A DNA stretch of 28,317 bases. Origin: an uncultured Bacteroidota bacterium. Its GTDB lineage: Bacteria > Bacteroidota > Bacteroidia > Bacteroidales > 4484-276. Numbering within the stretch: position 1 is the stretch's first letter; the number at the start of each line of letters is the position of its first letter. Under the pieces are notes generated by a model. The model was given only the letters and a program-made list of their open reading frames with translations. It did not search any database and was not told where the DNA came from. The translations under genes were made by a program, and so were the position numbers. The stretch is from NCBI GenBank assembly GCA_903930725.1, contig CAIYZW010000661.1, positions 1 through 28,317 on the forward strand. The letters run 5' to 3'. Of this stretch, positions 8,864 through 18,677 are shown one piece after another.

Positions 8864-9442
8864 ATGAATATGAAAAACATAGCAATTTTTGCCTCTGGAA
8901 ATGGTTCAAATGCCGAAACCATCATCAGATATTTCGAAAACAGGTCAGATGTGCGGGTTGCACTGATTTTATCCAACAATAAAAATGCAAAAGTGCTCGA
9001 TAGAGCATCTGTTTATAATATTGAGGCTGTCACCTTCTCGAAGGACGAATTTTACAAATCTGTCGAAATATTAAAAATCTTAAAACAGCATAAAATTACG
9101 CTCATTGTTCTGGCTGGTTTTTTATGGCTCATCCCCGATTTTTTACTTAATGAGTTTCCTGACCGGATTATCAACATTCATCCGGCTTTGTTGCCTATGT
9201 TCGGCGGAAAGGGAATGTTCGGCATGCACGTTCACACATCGGTTATTAATAATGGTGAGCCAGTGAGCGGAATTACAATTCATTTCGTAAATGAGGTGTA
9301 TGATGAGGGTAAGATTATTTATCAGGCTACCTGTCCTGTTGAACCGGGTGAAACGCCCGAAACCCTTGCTCAAAAAATCCATGTTCTTGAACATAAGTTT
9401 TTTCCTGAAACGATTGATAAAGTTTTATCAACAATTTTGTAA
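8864..9442 (+). CDS. purN: Phosphoribosylglycinamide formyltransferase
   Basis: IAIFASGNGSNA, LAGFLW, INIHPALLP, SGITIHFV...YDEG. Confidence 0.96.
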   Translation: MNMKNIAIFASGNGSNAETIIRYFENRSDVRVALILSNNKNAKVLDRASVYNIEAVTFSKDEFYKSVEILKILKQHKITLIVLAGFLWLIPDFLLNEFPDRIINIHPALLPMFGGKGMFGMHVHTSVINNGEPVSGITIHFVNEVYDEGKIIYQATCPVEPGETPETLAQKIHVLEHKFFPETIDKVLSTIL

Positions 9443-9466
9443 AGTAAAAATCCTGTGATCCGACCA

Positions 9467-9658
9467 TTAAACATAGTGGCCGTAATAATCGGAGTTTTCA
9501 TCCCTTCGTGTTTTAACTTTTTCGAGGATTTGAAGTTTTTCGTCATCGTTTAACCTCCACCAGGTTTTGGCTTCTGTTTTTGTTCTTTTACATCCGATAC
9601 AAACCTGTTTATCATTGTACTGACAAATGTCCAGACAAGGGTTTTTTATTTTTTCCAT
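9467..9658 (-). CDS. DUF1289-family small Cys-rich (putative metal/Fe-S-binding) protein, 63 aa
   Basis: NPCLDICQYNDKQVCIGCKRT...W pattern typical of DUF1289. Start set to the ATG at 9658 because the upstream 30 codons look non-coding. Confidence 0.8.
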   Translation of the reverse strand: MEKIKNPCLDICQYNDKQVCIGCKRTKTEAKTWWRLNDDEKLQILEKVKTRRDENSDYYGHYV

Positions 9659-9833
9659 CTCAAAAAGTAGTTTAATAGGAATGAATAATAATTTCATTCG
9701 TTCATCGAACATCGAATCCATTAAATTGTTCAAAAAAGAATTTTGCAATGATAATCAATTCTTTACAGGAACGTTTAATAATTATTTCGGTTTAAAATGC
9801 AGTAAAGATATTTTATGTGTCGGAGATTTGATA

Positions 9834-9862
9834 TTGCTTTTTAACAAAAATGTTTATCTTTG
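9834..9862 (+). promoter_or_regulatory. Putative promoter of the receiver/cyclase operon
   Basis: TATCTTTG (-7) at 9855-9862 with TTG at 9834-9836. Confidence 0.5.
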
Positions 9863-9921
9863 TTAAATCATAATAACTGAAAATAATTTCCTCAAAAAAA
9901 AACCATTAATACAACAAAGCT

Positions 9922-10344
9922 ATGAAAATGATCAACGACCAGTTAAATGCTGAAGTGGACTGGAAAAACAGGACAATACTCATTGTTGAAGATGTTGAAC
10001 CAAATTACTTGTTTTTGAAATCGGCTCTCGAAAAAACACAGGCAAAAATTGAACATGCTGTAAGTGGAACTGAAGCCATTAAAAAATGTATTGAAGATAC
10101 AAATATTGATTTGGTTCTCATGGATTTACACATGCCTGGAATAAGTGGTCATGCTGCTACCCGTGAAATTAAAAAATTAAGACCAGATTTAACAATAATT
10201 GCTCACACAGCCTTTGTGTTTTCGGGTGAGCGACAAAAAAGTTTAGAATCTGGCTGCGACGACTATATTGCCAAACCAATCCGTTCCAATGAGTTAATCC
10301 TTAAAATCAAAAACTGCCTGATAAAAGCAGGGAAGGATGCATAG
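9922..10344 (+). CDS. Stand-alone CheY-like response regulator receiver protein
   Basis: ILIVED, LVLMDLHMPG (phospho-Asp), IIAHTA, YIAKP. No output domain. Confidence 0.9.
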   Translation: MKMINDQLNAEVDWKNRTILIVEDVEPNYLFLKSALEKTQAKIEHAVSGTEAIKKCIEDTNIDLVLMDLHMPGISGHAATREIKKLRPDLTIIAHTAFVFSGERQKSLESGCDDYIAKPIRSNELILKIKNCLIKAGKDA

Positions 10345-10371
10345 CTGAAAATTAACAAACCCAGGGCATAA

Positions 10372-12468
10372 ATGACTTATCAGAAAAGAATCCCGTCTTT
10401 TTTCGGATTTCGGATTTACTTTTTTTCGACTTTACTTTATTTGCTTTTGGTATTGCCCTTTGCTGGTTTTTTATTCCTGCAAAATCTTCCAACAATATTC
10501 GAAAAACGTGATAGTCTTATCATTAGCCTGCCTGAAAAAAAGCTCACCGAAACAGGGAGTTTTTCTGAAAGTTTTTCAGAAGGCGTTAAATATGGTTCCT
10601 CATTAAAAGCCGACACTTCAGGGATTAATATTATAATTGGTGATAAAACGGCAACTTCTCAGGTTGATGACCAGCAAAATGAAAACCTTTCAAATTCCTT
10701 TATTTTTCTGTTCAAATCCCTTTTGATTAGTTTTATTGCCGGACTGATTTTTAATTATCCTTTCAAACGCTATTTCAATCAAAAACGAAAACGCAAGACT
10801 TCCTCAGAAAAATTAACTGCTTTTTGTAAAAAATACCTGCTTGCTTCACCCTGGATTAATGCAGGAATACTAAGTTTAGCTTTCATGGCAACTTTGGTTT
10901 ACATGGTTTTTCTCATTTACAAAGCACCGGCTGATTACGACATTAGTAAAACGCTTTTTACCCGATTTTTCTTTATCTCCTTATTTTCGTCATTGCTCAC
11001 TTTTTTGTTGGTTTATTTTTGGGAAAAGCATCGGGTAAACATTAAATACCTCGATTTTTTATACTCCAAAGAAGAACTGCGAAAGCGCATTTTTAAATCA
11101 AGAATCGGAAAAATTAAAAATCAGTTTTGGATTTCGAGCGCCACGACAACCTTGTTGCCACTTTCGATTGTGATTGTTTATCTTAGCATGAGCCTCACCA
11201 AAATAAGCGAATTAAACCTTACCTCGCTTAACGATGAACAGGTGCGAATTTTATTTGGCCGATACAGCAATCTCTTCAAAATGGTTGTCGAATCGCCTGA
11301 TCCGGCTGGTTTAGCCGATTTATCCTTTATTAATGTCACGGATAGCCTCATTATGTTTGTGGGTATCGGCGTCGGAATTGTGGTTTCGTTTATCTATATT
11401 TTATTGTTTGTTAAATGGACAACGCTCGACATCGTTTATCCACTTAAAGAACTGCTTTACAACATGCAGAAAACGGGAGAAGGCAAGACCATTAATTATA
11501 CAGTGGTAAGAAATAATGACGAAATCGGCGAAATCGCCGAAGGATACAACGAAATGTCGGCGAATCTTGAAAAATACATTTCCGATATTTCGAAGATGAA
11601 TGAGGCCTATTACCGTTTTGTACCACGACAGTTTCTCGAATTTCTTGGGAAAGACAGCATTTTGGATGTACGGCTTGGCGACCAGGTACAAAAAGAAATG
11701 TCCGTTTTATTTACCGACATCCGCGATTTTACCGCCATGTCGGAGGATATGACCCCAAAAGAAAACTTCGATTTCCTCAATGAATACCTCAGCAGCATGG
11801 AGCCGGTAATTTCGCGCAACCATGGCTTTATTGATAAATACATTGGCGATTCAATCATGGCTCTTTTTGTTGGAAACGTCGAAAATGCTATTGATGCAGC
11901 CATCGAAATGCGTTCATCGCTTGCCGATTTCAATCTTCAGCGAAAGCTGGAAAATAAAAACCCGACAAACAGCGGTATCGGAATTCATACCGGGAATCTG
12001 ATGCTTGGTGTGGTTGGCGGGCATGGCCGAATGGACGGGACTGTTGTTTCGGATGCTGTAAACCTTGCTTCAAGGATTGAAGGCCTGACAAAAATGTACG
12101 GAACCTCAATCATTATCAGCCAGGATACGCTCATCAGGTTGCAGGATCCCGGAAGGTACAATTACAGGTTTCTGGATGTTGTAAAAGTAAAAGGCAAAAA
12201 AGAAGCAGCCTATATTTTCGAAATACTCGATGGCGAACCAGAAGACATCAAACAACTGAAAATACAAACAAAACCAGATTTTGGCCGGGCTTTGCAGTTG
12301 TACAAAAGCAAGGATTTCGACAATGCCCTTGAGCTTTTCCGGAAAGTTCAAAAAATTAACCCTTCCGACAGAGCCACCCAACTTTACATTATCCGTTGTA
12401 AAAATATCCTCGAATTTGGTATTCCTGAGGATTGGGATGGCGTTGAAACGATAAGAGATAAGTATTAA
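10372..12468 (+). CDS. Multi-pass membrane class III adenylate/guanylate cyclase with HAMP domain and TPR-like tail
   Basis: About 6 hydrophobic segments, HAMP (YPLKELL...NDEIGEIAEGYNEM), catalytic VLFTDIRDFT, IDKYIGDSIMA, GIGIHTG and GTVVSDAVNLASRIE. Confidence 0.92.
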   Translation: MTYQKRIPSFFGFRIYFFSTLLYLLLVLPFAGFLFLQNLPTIFEKRDSLIISLPEKKLTETGSFSESFSEGVKYGSSLKADTSGINIIIGDKTATSQVDDQQNENLSNSFIFLFKSLLISFIAGLIFNYPFKRYFNQKRKRKTSSEKLTAFCKKYLLASPWINAGILSLAFMATLVYMVFLIYKAPADYDISKTLFTRFFFISLFSSLLTFLLVYFWEKHRVNIKYLDFLYSKEELRKRIFKSRIGKIKNQFWISSATTTLLPLSIVIVYLSMSLTKISELNLTSLNDEQVRILFGRYSNLFKMVVESPDPAGLADLSFINVTDSLIMFVGIGVGIVVSFIYILLFVKWTTLDIVYPLKELLYNMQKTGEGKTINYTVVRNNDEIGEIAEGYNEMSANLEKYISDISKMNEAYYRFVPRQFLEFLGKDSILDVRLGDQVQKEMSVLFTDIRDFTAMSEDMTPKENFDFLNEYLSSMEPVISRNHGFIDKYIGDSIMALFVGNVENAIDAAIEMRSSLADFNLQRKLENKNPTNSGIGIHTGNLMLGVVGGHGRMDGTVVSDAVNLASRIEGLTKMYGTSIIISQDTLIRLQDPGRYNYRFLDVVKVKGKKEAAYIFEILDGEPEDIKQLKIQTKPDFGRALQLYKSKDFDNALELFRKVQKINPSDRATQLYIIRCKNILEFGIPEDWDGVETIRDKY

Positions 12469-12533
12469 CATGTTGAACTTATGTTTTTCACGATTGTTAC
12501 TTTGGAAACAAAAAAAACAAAAATCTATATTTT

Positions 12534-15500
12534 ATGAATATTTTTCTGAAGTCCTCATTAACAGCATTGCTTTTGATGCTCTCAGCAACGATTCTTAATG
12601 CAGAAAATCCCCTCTGGATGCGCTATCCGGCCATTTCCCCTGACGGAAAAACCATTGTTTTTTCGTATAAAGGCGATCTTTTTAGGGTTTCGGCAGATGG
12701 CGGATTTGCTACACCATTAACAATACATGAAGCTTACGATTTTGCTCCGGTTTGGTCGCCTGACGGCAAGTTCATTGCCTTTGCCTCGGCGCGTTTTGGC
12801 AACTTTGATGTTTTTCTTATCCCCTCCGATGGTGGTACGGCCAAAAGGCTGACCGATTTTTCGGGAAACGAAACCCCATCGTGTTTTACTGGTGACGGTA
12901 AAAATATCCTTTATTCAGCATCAATTCAGGATGTGCCTTCAAATGTGATGTACCCCACAGGGATGCTTTCGGAGCTTTACCAGATTTCGGTTGAAGGTGG
13001 CCGCCCATTGCAAATCCTGCCAACTCCTGCGCAAGTTGCACGTGAAAGCAAAGATGGAAAAACAATTATTTTCCAGGATATAAAAGGTTACGAAAGCGAA
13101 TGGAGAAAACATCATACCTCGGCCGTCACACGCGACATCTGGTTGTATGATAAAACTGCAAAAAGCTTTAAAAAACTATCCGATTTTGAAGGAGAAGACC
13201 GCAACCCTGTTTTTAGCAACGATGAAAAAGATGTCTTTTTCCTTAGCGAAAAATCCGGATCCTTTAATGTTTGGAAGCTTTCCCTGAACAATCCTTCAAA
13301 TCAGGCTAAATTGACAAATTTTGAAAAAAACCCGGTCAGATTTTTATCGGTCGGTGCAAACGACAGGCTTTGTTATGGCTATGATGGCGAAATTTACATC
13401 CAGGATAAAAATGCTTCTCCAAAAAAAGTGGATATTAAAATTACGATGGATGAAAAAACCAATGCCATCACTTTTGAACAGAAAAGTTCAGGAGCCTCCG
13501 AAATGGCTGTTTCAAAAAATGGAAAAGAAATTGCCTTTATCCTGCGGGGTGAAGTTTTTGTAACTTCCGTTGAATTTGGGACAACTAAACGGATAACCGA
13601 AACCCCGGAACAGGAGCGTTCGGTAACCTTCAGCCCTGATGGCCGCAAAGTTTTGTACGCCTCCGAGCGTGCCGGAAGCTGGAATATTTACGAAACCAGC
13701 ATTGTGCGCGACGAAGAAAAGGGTTTTGCCCGGGCAACAATTTTAAAGGAAACGCCTGTTGTAACAACCGGAATGGAAGAATTTCAACCACTTTATTCGC
13801 CTGATGGCAAAGAAGTTGCTTATCTTGAAAACAGAGAAACCATAAAAGTTATTAATCTCGATACCAAGGCAACACGAACTGTTCTTGGTGGAAAATACAA
13901 TTATTCATACTCCGATGGCGACCAATGGTTTCAATGGTCGCCCGACGGGAAGTATTTTTTAGCAAGCTTTTCGCCCAACTCCATGTTTTTAAATGATGTG
14001 GCTTTAATTGCTGCCGATGGTAAGAGTGAGCCTCAAAACCTGACAATGAGCGGATACAACAACAACGGACCAAAATGGATGATGGATGGCGAAATGATGA
14101 TTTGGTTTTCGGATCGTGAAGGTTTACGCAGCCATGGGAGCTGGGGTTCGCAAAGCGATGTTTATGGCATGTTTTTCACCAAAGAGGCATGGGATAAATT
14201 TAACTTAAGTGAAGAGGAAAAGAAACTCTTTGATGAGGCCAAAGAGGAGAAAAAAAAGAAAGAAGCAGAGGAAAAGAAAAAGTTAGAAGAATCAAAGAAG
14301 GACAAAAAGAAAAAGGATGATGAGGTTGCGAAAGACACAATTAAACCTGTGATTATCGAAATGTTGGGTCTTGAAGATCGCAAAACCCGCCTCACCATTA
14401 ATTCATCCGACCTGGCCGATGCCATTTTAACGCCAGACGGGAAAAAGCTTTATTACCTCAGCCGCTTTGAAAAAGGTTACGACCTCTGGATGAAAGACCT
14501 CATTAAAAATGAAACCAAACTTGTAGTAAAACTCGAAGGAGGCGGAGGTGCCATGCAAATTGATAAAGAAGGGAAATTCCTTTTTATGATATCAGGTGAA
14601 TCCTTCATTAAAATTACCATTGCTGATAATAAAAAGGATGTTATCAGTTACAAGGCCAATTTTAATCTGAACCTTCCGGGCGAGCGCGATTATATGTTTG
14701 AACACGTCTGGCGCCAGGTTCGCGAGAAGTTTTCTGACCCGGATTTACAGGGTGTTGATTGGGTTTATTATAAAAATCAATATCAAAAGTTTCTGCCTTA
14801 CATCAATAATAATTTCGATTTTGCCGAGGTGCTCAGCGAAATGCTTGGTGAGCTAAATGCTTCGCACACTGGCTCCGGCTATGGTTTCAGCGATCCTGAT
14901 GGCGATAATACCGCCCGGCTCGGTGCTTTTTTTGATTGGAATTACCAGGGCGATGGACTTAAAATTCTCGAAGTCATCGAAAAAGGGCCGCTCACCAATG
15001 CAACTTCAAAAATTACAACAGGAGTTATCATCGAAAAAATTGACGGAACCGTCATCAAAGCCGGCACGAGCTATTTTGGTCTTTTAAATCACAAAGCTGA
15101 TAAACCCACACTTTTGTCGCTTTTTAATCCTCAAACCGGCGAACGATGGGACGAAACTGTGAAACCAATTTCGGGAGGTGCAAATTCTGAACTTTTATAC
15201 AAACGCTGGGTAAAATCGCGCCGCGAGGCAACCGAGAAATTGTCAGGTGGAAAAATTGGTTATGTTCACGTCAGAGGCATGAATAGCCAGAGTTTCAGGG
15301 AGGTGTATTCCGAAATTTTAGGACGAAATTATGATAAGGAGGCCATTATTGTCGACACACGCTATAATGGTGGTGGCTGGCTTCACGATGACTTAGCCAC
15401 GCTTTTGAGCGGTAAAAGATATGTTGATTTTTACCCCCGCGGGAAATTTTTCGGCTCCGAACCCATGAATAAATGGATTAAACCTTCGGCGGTTCTCATC

Positions 15501-15812
15501 AGCGAAAGCAATTACTCCGATGCCCACGGATTTCCTTACGCTTACCGGGCTTTAGATATCGGAAAAACAATCGGGATGCCCGTTCCAGGAACTATGACCG
15601 CCGTTTGGTGGGAAACGTTGCAAGACCCGACTTTGTATTTTGGAATCCCACAGGTTGGCACCAAAGATATGCAGGGAAATTATCTCGAAAACTTCCAGTT
15701 TGAGCCTGACTTCAAACAAACCAACGATTACGATAAAGTAGTTTCAGGCAGCGACCAACAATTGGAAAAAGCTGTTGAATCCCTTTTAATCGAAGTTAAC
15801 CAGAAAAAATAA
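12534..15812 (+). CDS. Tricorn protease-like S41 family peptidase (PD40 beta-propellers, PDZ-like domain, S41 domain)
   Basis: Signal peptide, repeated SPDGK-type PD40 motifs, MLGELNASH, IVDTRYNGGG, catalytic SNYSDAH and IGMPVPGT. Confidence 0.92.
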   Translation: MNIFLKSSLTALLLMLSATILNAENPLWMRYPAISPDGKTIVFSYKGDLFRVSADGGFATPLTIHEAYDFAPVWSPDGKFIAFASARFGNFDVFLIPSDGGTAKRLTDFSGNETPSCFTGDGKNILYSASIQDVPSNVMYPTGMLSELYQISVEGGRPLQILPTPAQVARESKDGKTIIFQDIKGYESEWRKHHTSAVTRDIWLYDKTAKSFKKLSDFEGEDRNPVFSNDEKDVFFLSEKSGSFNVWKLSLNNPSNQAKLTNFEKNPVRFLSVGANDRLCYGYDGEIYIQDKNASPKKVDIKITMDEKTNAITFEQKSSGASEMAVSKNGKEIAFILRGEVFVTSVEFGTTKRITETPEQERSVTFSPDGRKVLYASERAGSWNIYETSIVRDEEKGFARATILKETPVVTTGMEEFQPLYSPDGKEVAYLENRETIKVINLDTKATRTVLGGKYNYSYSDGDQWFQWSPDGKYFLASFSPNSMFLNDVALIAADGKSEPQNLTMSGYNNNGPKWMMDGEMMIWFSDREGLRSHGSWGSQSDVYGMFFTKEAWDKFNLSEEEKKLFDEAKEEKKKKEAEEKKKLEESKKDKKKKDDEVAKDTIKPVIIEMLGLEDRKTRLTINSSDLADAILTPDGKKLYYLSRFEKGYDLWMKDLIKNETKLVVKLEGGGGAMQIDKEGKFLFMISGESFIKITIADNKKDVISYKANFNLNLPGERDYMFEHVWRQVREKFSDPDLQGVDWVYYKNQYQKFLPYINNNFDFAEVLSEMLGELNASHTGSGYGFSDPDGDNTARLGAFFDWNYQGDGLKILEVIEKGPLTNATSKITTGVIIEKIDGTVIKAGTSYFGLLNHKADKPTLLSLFNPQTGERWDETVKPISGGANSELLYKRWVKSRREATEKLSGGKIGYVHVRGMNSQSFREVYSEILGRNYDKEAIIVDTRYNGGGWLHDDLATLLSGKRYVDFYPRGKFFGSEPMNKWIKPSAVLISESNYSDAHGFPYAYRALDIGKTIGMPVPGTMTAVWWETLQDPTLYFGIPQVGTKDMQGNYLENFQFEPDFKQTNDYDKVVSGSDQQLEKAVESLLIEVNQKK

Positions 15813-15824
15813 AAATTGGTTTTC

Positions 15825-15874
15825 CCAAAAAAATAACCCTGACTGTTTTGATCAGCCAGGGTAATTTTTTTTGG
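15825..15874. terminator. Bidirectional intrinsic terminator between convergent S41 peptidase and fbaA
   Basis: ccaaaaaaataaccctgactg...cagccagggtaattttttttgg: long inverted repeat with A and T tracts and two mismatches. Confidence 0.85.
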
Positions 15875-15884
15875 TAGGATTTTA

Positions 15885-16964
15885 TTAATTCCGGTTTACA
15901 CAATTCAAATCGGCAAAAGCAATTTCGAGGCGTTTGATGATGCCTGTTTCGCCTTCGCGCAACCATTTGCGCGGGTCGTAGTATTTTTTATTAGGCTTGT
16001 CCTCGCCGTCTGGGTTTCCGATTTGTCCCTGGAGGTAGCCTTCATTTTTCTTATAATAATTCATGATACCTTCCCACATCGCCCATTGCGTGTCGGTGTC
16101 GATGTTCATTTTAATGGCACCGTAGCTTATGGCTTCGCGAATTTTTTCCTGTGGTGAACCTGAACCACCGTGAAAAACAAAATCAACAGGATTTTCGCCG
16201 GTTTGATATTTTTCCTGAATAAACTTTTGCGAATTGTGAAGGATAACCGGCTCAAGTTTTACATTGCCTGGTTTGTAAACACCGTGAACATTGCCAAACG
16301 AAGCTGCGATGGTAAATCTGTCGCTCACTTTTTTCAATTCGGTGTATGCGTAGGCCACATCTTCGGGCTGGGTGTAAAGTTTCGAACTTTCGACGCCTGA
16401 ATTGTCAACGCCGTCTTCTTCACCACCGGTAATTCCAAGCTCAATTTCGAGGGTCATTCCCATTTTGCTCATACGGGCAAGATACTTTTGGCAAATTTCG
16501 ATGTTTTCGTGCAAAGGCTCTTCCGAAAGGTCGAGCATGTGCGAGCTGAACAATGGTTTTCCGTGTTGAGCAAAGAATTTTTCGCCTTCGTCAAGCAGGC
16601 CGTCAATCCATGGAAGTAATTTTTTTGCAGCGTGGTCGGTGTGAAGAATCACAGGAACGCCATACATTTCGGCAACTTTATGAACATGCCATGCTCCGGT
16701 TACAGCACCGGCAATGGCAGCTTTTTCGTTTTCGTTCGAAATTCCTTTTCCGGCATAAAAAGCGGCGCCGCCATTCGAAAACTGGATAATTACAGGCGAG
16801 TTCATTTTTTTAGCAGCTTCTAAAACAGCGTTTACCGAGTCGGTGCCCACCACATTTACTGCCGGAATGGCAAAATTATTTTTTTTTGCTATTGCGAAAA
16901 TTTTCTGAACATCGTCGCCTGTTACAACACCAGGTTTTACAACATCAAATACTTTTTGTGACAT
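15885..16964 (-). CDS. fbaA: Class II fructose-bisphosphate aldolase
   Basis: VILHTDHAAKK, SSHMLDLSEE, FGNVHGVY, FHGGSGS, KMNIDTD, YDPRKWLR. Confidence 0.97.
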   Translation of the reverse strand: MSQKVFDVVKPGVVTGDDVQKIFAIAKKNNFAIPAVNVVGTDSVNAVLEAAKKMNSPVIIQFSNGGAAFYAGKGISNENEKAAIAGAVTGAWHVHKVAEMYGVPVILHTDHAAKKLLPWIDGLLDEGEKFFAQHGKPLFSSHMLDLSEEPLHENIEICQKYLARMSKMGMTLEIELGITGGEEDGVDNSGVESSKLYTQPEDVAYAYTELKKVSDRFTIAASFGNVHGVYKPGNVKLEPVILHNSQKFIQEKYQTGENPVDFVFHGGSGSPQEKIREAISYGAIKMNIDTDTQWAMWEGIMNYYKKNEGYLQGQIGNPDGEDKPNKKYYDPRKWLREGETGIIKRLEIAFADLNCVNRN

Positions 16965-17003
16965 AACTTATTTATTTTTAAAATGATAAGAATTAGTGAG
17001 GCG

Positions 17004-17011
17004 CAAAATTA
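17004..17011 (-). promoter_or_regulatory. Putative -7 element of the fbaA promoter
   Basis: Minus-strand TAATTTTG, 40 nt upstream of the fbaA ATG. Confidence 0.45.
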
Positions 17012-17069
17012 ATAAAATCAAGTGTCTCGATACACAAAAAACTTAAAAATGCCGTGTCCGGGAAAATCA

Positions 17070-18137
17070 TCACAAAAAACCATTTATGGTTAAAAATTGC
17101 TCAATAAGCCGTGGAATCGGGTAATCATGAAGTTTTTGCAAACCAGCAATATTATAGTTGTCAGCATTCTGCAAAGAATTTTCTTCAATTTTTACTGTGA
17201 TAAATTTTGCAAAAATATGCTGATGTGTAAGTTGATGTTTAAATTCACCCGAAACCTGTTCAACAAGCGGATGTGTTCCATTAAAAATAGCTTTCCACGC
17301 AAAACTACTTAACAAACTTTTTGTATCGGTTCCGGTTTTCGTTTCGATAAGTGGGAAATCGTACAGGCCTTGCCAGATGTCGCCTTCAGGTCTTTTTTTA
17401 AGATAAATCAGCTGATTGCTATTGTTACCGGAGAGAATGACTAAATAGTTAAAAAAACGCTTTTTTGGTGGCTGGTTTTTTATTTTTACCGGAAGTTTTC
17501 CAACCAAACCTTGTCGAAAAGCCAGACAGGAATTGTTAAAAATGCAGGATTCACAATCAGGTTTTCTTGGTTTACAAAAAAGGGCGCCAAATTCCATCAT
17601 AGCCTGGTTAAAGGTACCTGGTGGATGTCCCGTAATTAGTTCTTGTACAGATTTTTCAATTTTCATTCGTCCAACCGTTGAGTTTACTGCCTCTTCGATA
17701 GCAAACCAACGGCTGATAACACGAATCACATTGCCGTCAACAACAGGGTAAGGCTGGTTAAAGGCGATTGAAGCAATGGCTGCAGCAGTGTAAGGGCCTA
17801 TTCCTTTTAATTTTAATATGTCAGAATAATTATCAGGGAATTTTCCATCAAATGTTTCTACTACTGTTTTGGCGGCCAAATGTAAGTTTCTTGCCCTTGA
17901 ATAGTAGCCCAAACCCTGCCACAGCTTAAGAACCTCATCTTCGTAAGCATTGGCAAGGTGATGCACTGTCGGAAACTTTTCGGTAAACCTTACATAATAC
18001 TCAAACCCCTGGACAATGCGGGTTTGCTGAAATATCACCTCCGAAAGCCATATTTTGTATGGGTCACGGGTTTCACGCCAGGGAAGTTGTCGTTTATGAT
18101 GGTTGTACCAATCAATCAGGGCATGGGCAAAATCCAT
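17070..18137 (-). CDS. mutY: A/G-specific adenine glycosylase
   Basis: LPWRETRDPYKIWLSEVIFQQT, LGYYSRARNL, HhH LKGIGPYTA...VDGNV, Fe-S motif CKPRKPDCESCIFNNSC. Confidence 0.96.
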   Translation of the reverse strand: MDFAHALIDWYNHHKRQLPWRETRDPYKIWLSEVIFQQTRIVQGFEYYVRFTEKFPTVHHLANAYEDEVLKLWQGLGYYSRARNLHLAAKTVVETFDGKFPDNYSDILKLKGIGPYTAAAIASIAFNQPYPVVDGNVIRVISRWFAIEEAVNSTVGRMKIEKSVQELITGHPPGTFNQAMMEFGALFCKPRKPDCESCIFNNSCLAFRQGLVGKLPVKIKNQPPKKRFFNYLVILSGNNSNQLIYLKKRPEGDIWQGLYDFPLIETKTGTDTKSLLSSFAWKAIFNGTHPLVEQVSGEFKHQLTHQHIFAKFITVKIEENSLQNADNYNIAGLQKLHDYPIPRLIEQFLTINGFL

Positions 18138-18295
18138 TTTTTTATCAAAATTATGTTAAAACTCGAATACCATTTTAACTATTCCAGGAGGCTATTGTTC
18201 AAAATAAATCTTACACAAATTGTAACTAATTTATTAAGAGAGCTTTATGAAATCGCACCATATTCAATACAAATTATTAAAAATTTCATGTTTTC

Positions 18296-18324
18296 TTTGA
18301 GTATAAAAAAAAATTCTATATTTG
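18296..18324 (+). promoter_or_regulatory. Bacteroidota sigma70 promoter of the HU operon
   Basis: TTTG (18296-18299), 17-nt spacer, TATATTTG (18317-18324). Confidence 0.6.
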
Positions 18325-18370
18325 CAGCCCTGATTACTAAACTAATAATCAAATCATTAAATATTAGAAC

Positions 18371-18661
18371 ATGACAAAAGCAGAAATTGTAGCAGAAATA
18401 GCTAACAAGACAGGCATTGAAAAAGTAACAGTTCAAGCAACTGTTGAAGCATTTATGGAAACCATAAAAAACGCAATGGTAACCGGTGAGAACGTTTATC
18501 TGAGAGGTTTTGGTAGTTTCACAATTAAAAAAAGAGCTGAAAAGACTGGCAGGAACATTTCCAAAAACACCACAATTATTATCCCAGCTCATAACATTCC
18601 GGCTTTTAAACCAGCCAAAACATTTGTAATTGAAGTTAAAGATCACGTTAACGTGAAATAA
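18371..18661 (+). CDS. HU/IHF-family DNA-binding protein
   Basis: MTKAEIVAEIA...VYLRGFGSFTIKKRAEKTGRNISK...PAFKPAK. Confidence 0.95.
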   Translation: MTKAEIVAEIANKTGIEKVTVQATVEAFMETIKNAMVTGENVYLRGFGSFTIKKRAEKTGRNISKNTTIIIPAHNIPAFKPAKTFVIEVKDHVNVK

Positions 18662-18677
18662 TTCGGAAAGGAAAATC

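Noticed and set aside
14162-14425. Ser/Phe-rich minus-strand ORF
   Set aside because: Antisense shadow of the Lys/Glu-rich linker of the S41 peptidase.
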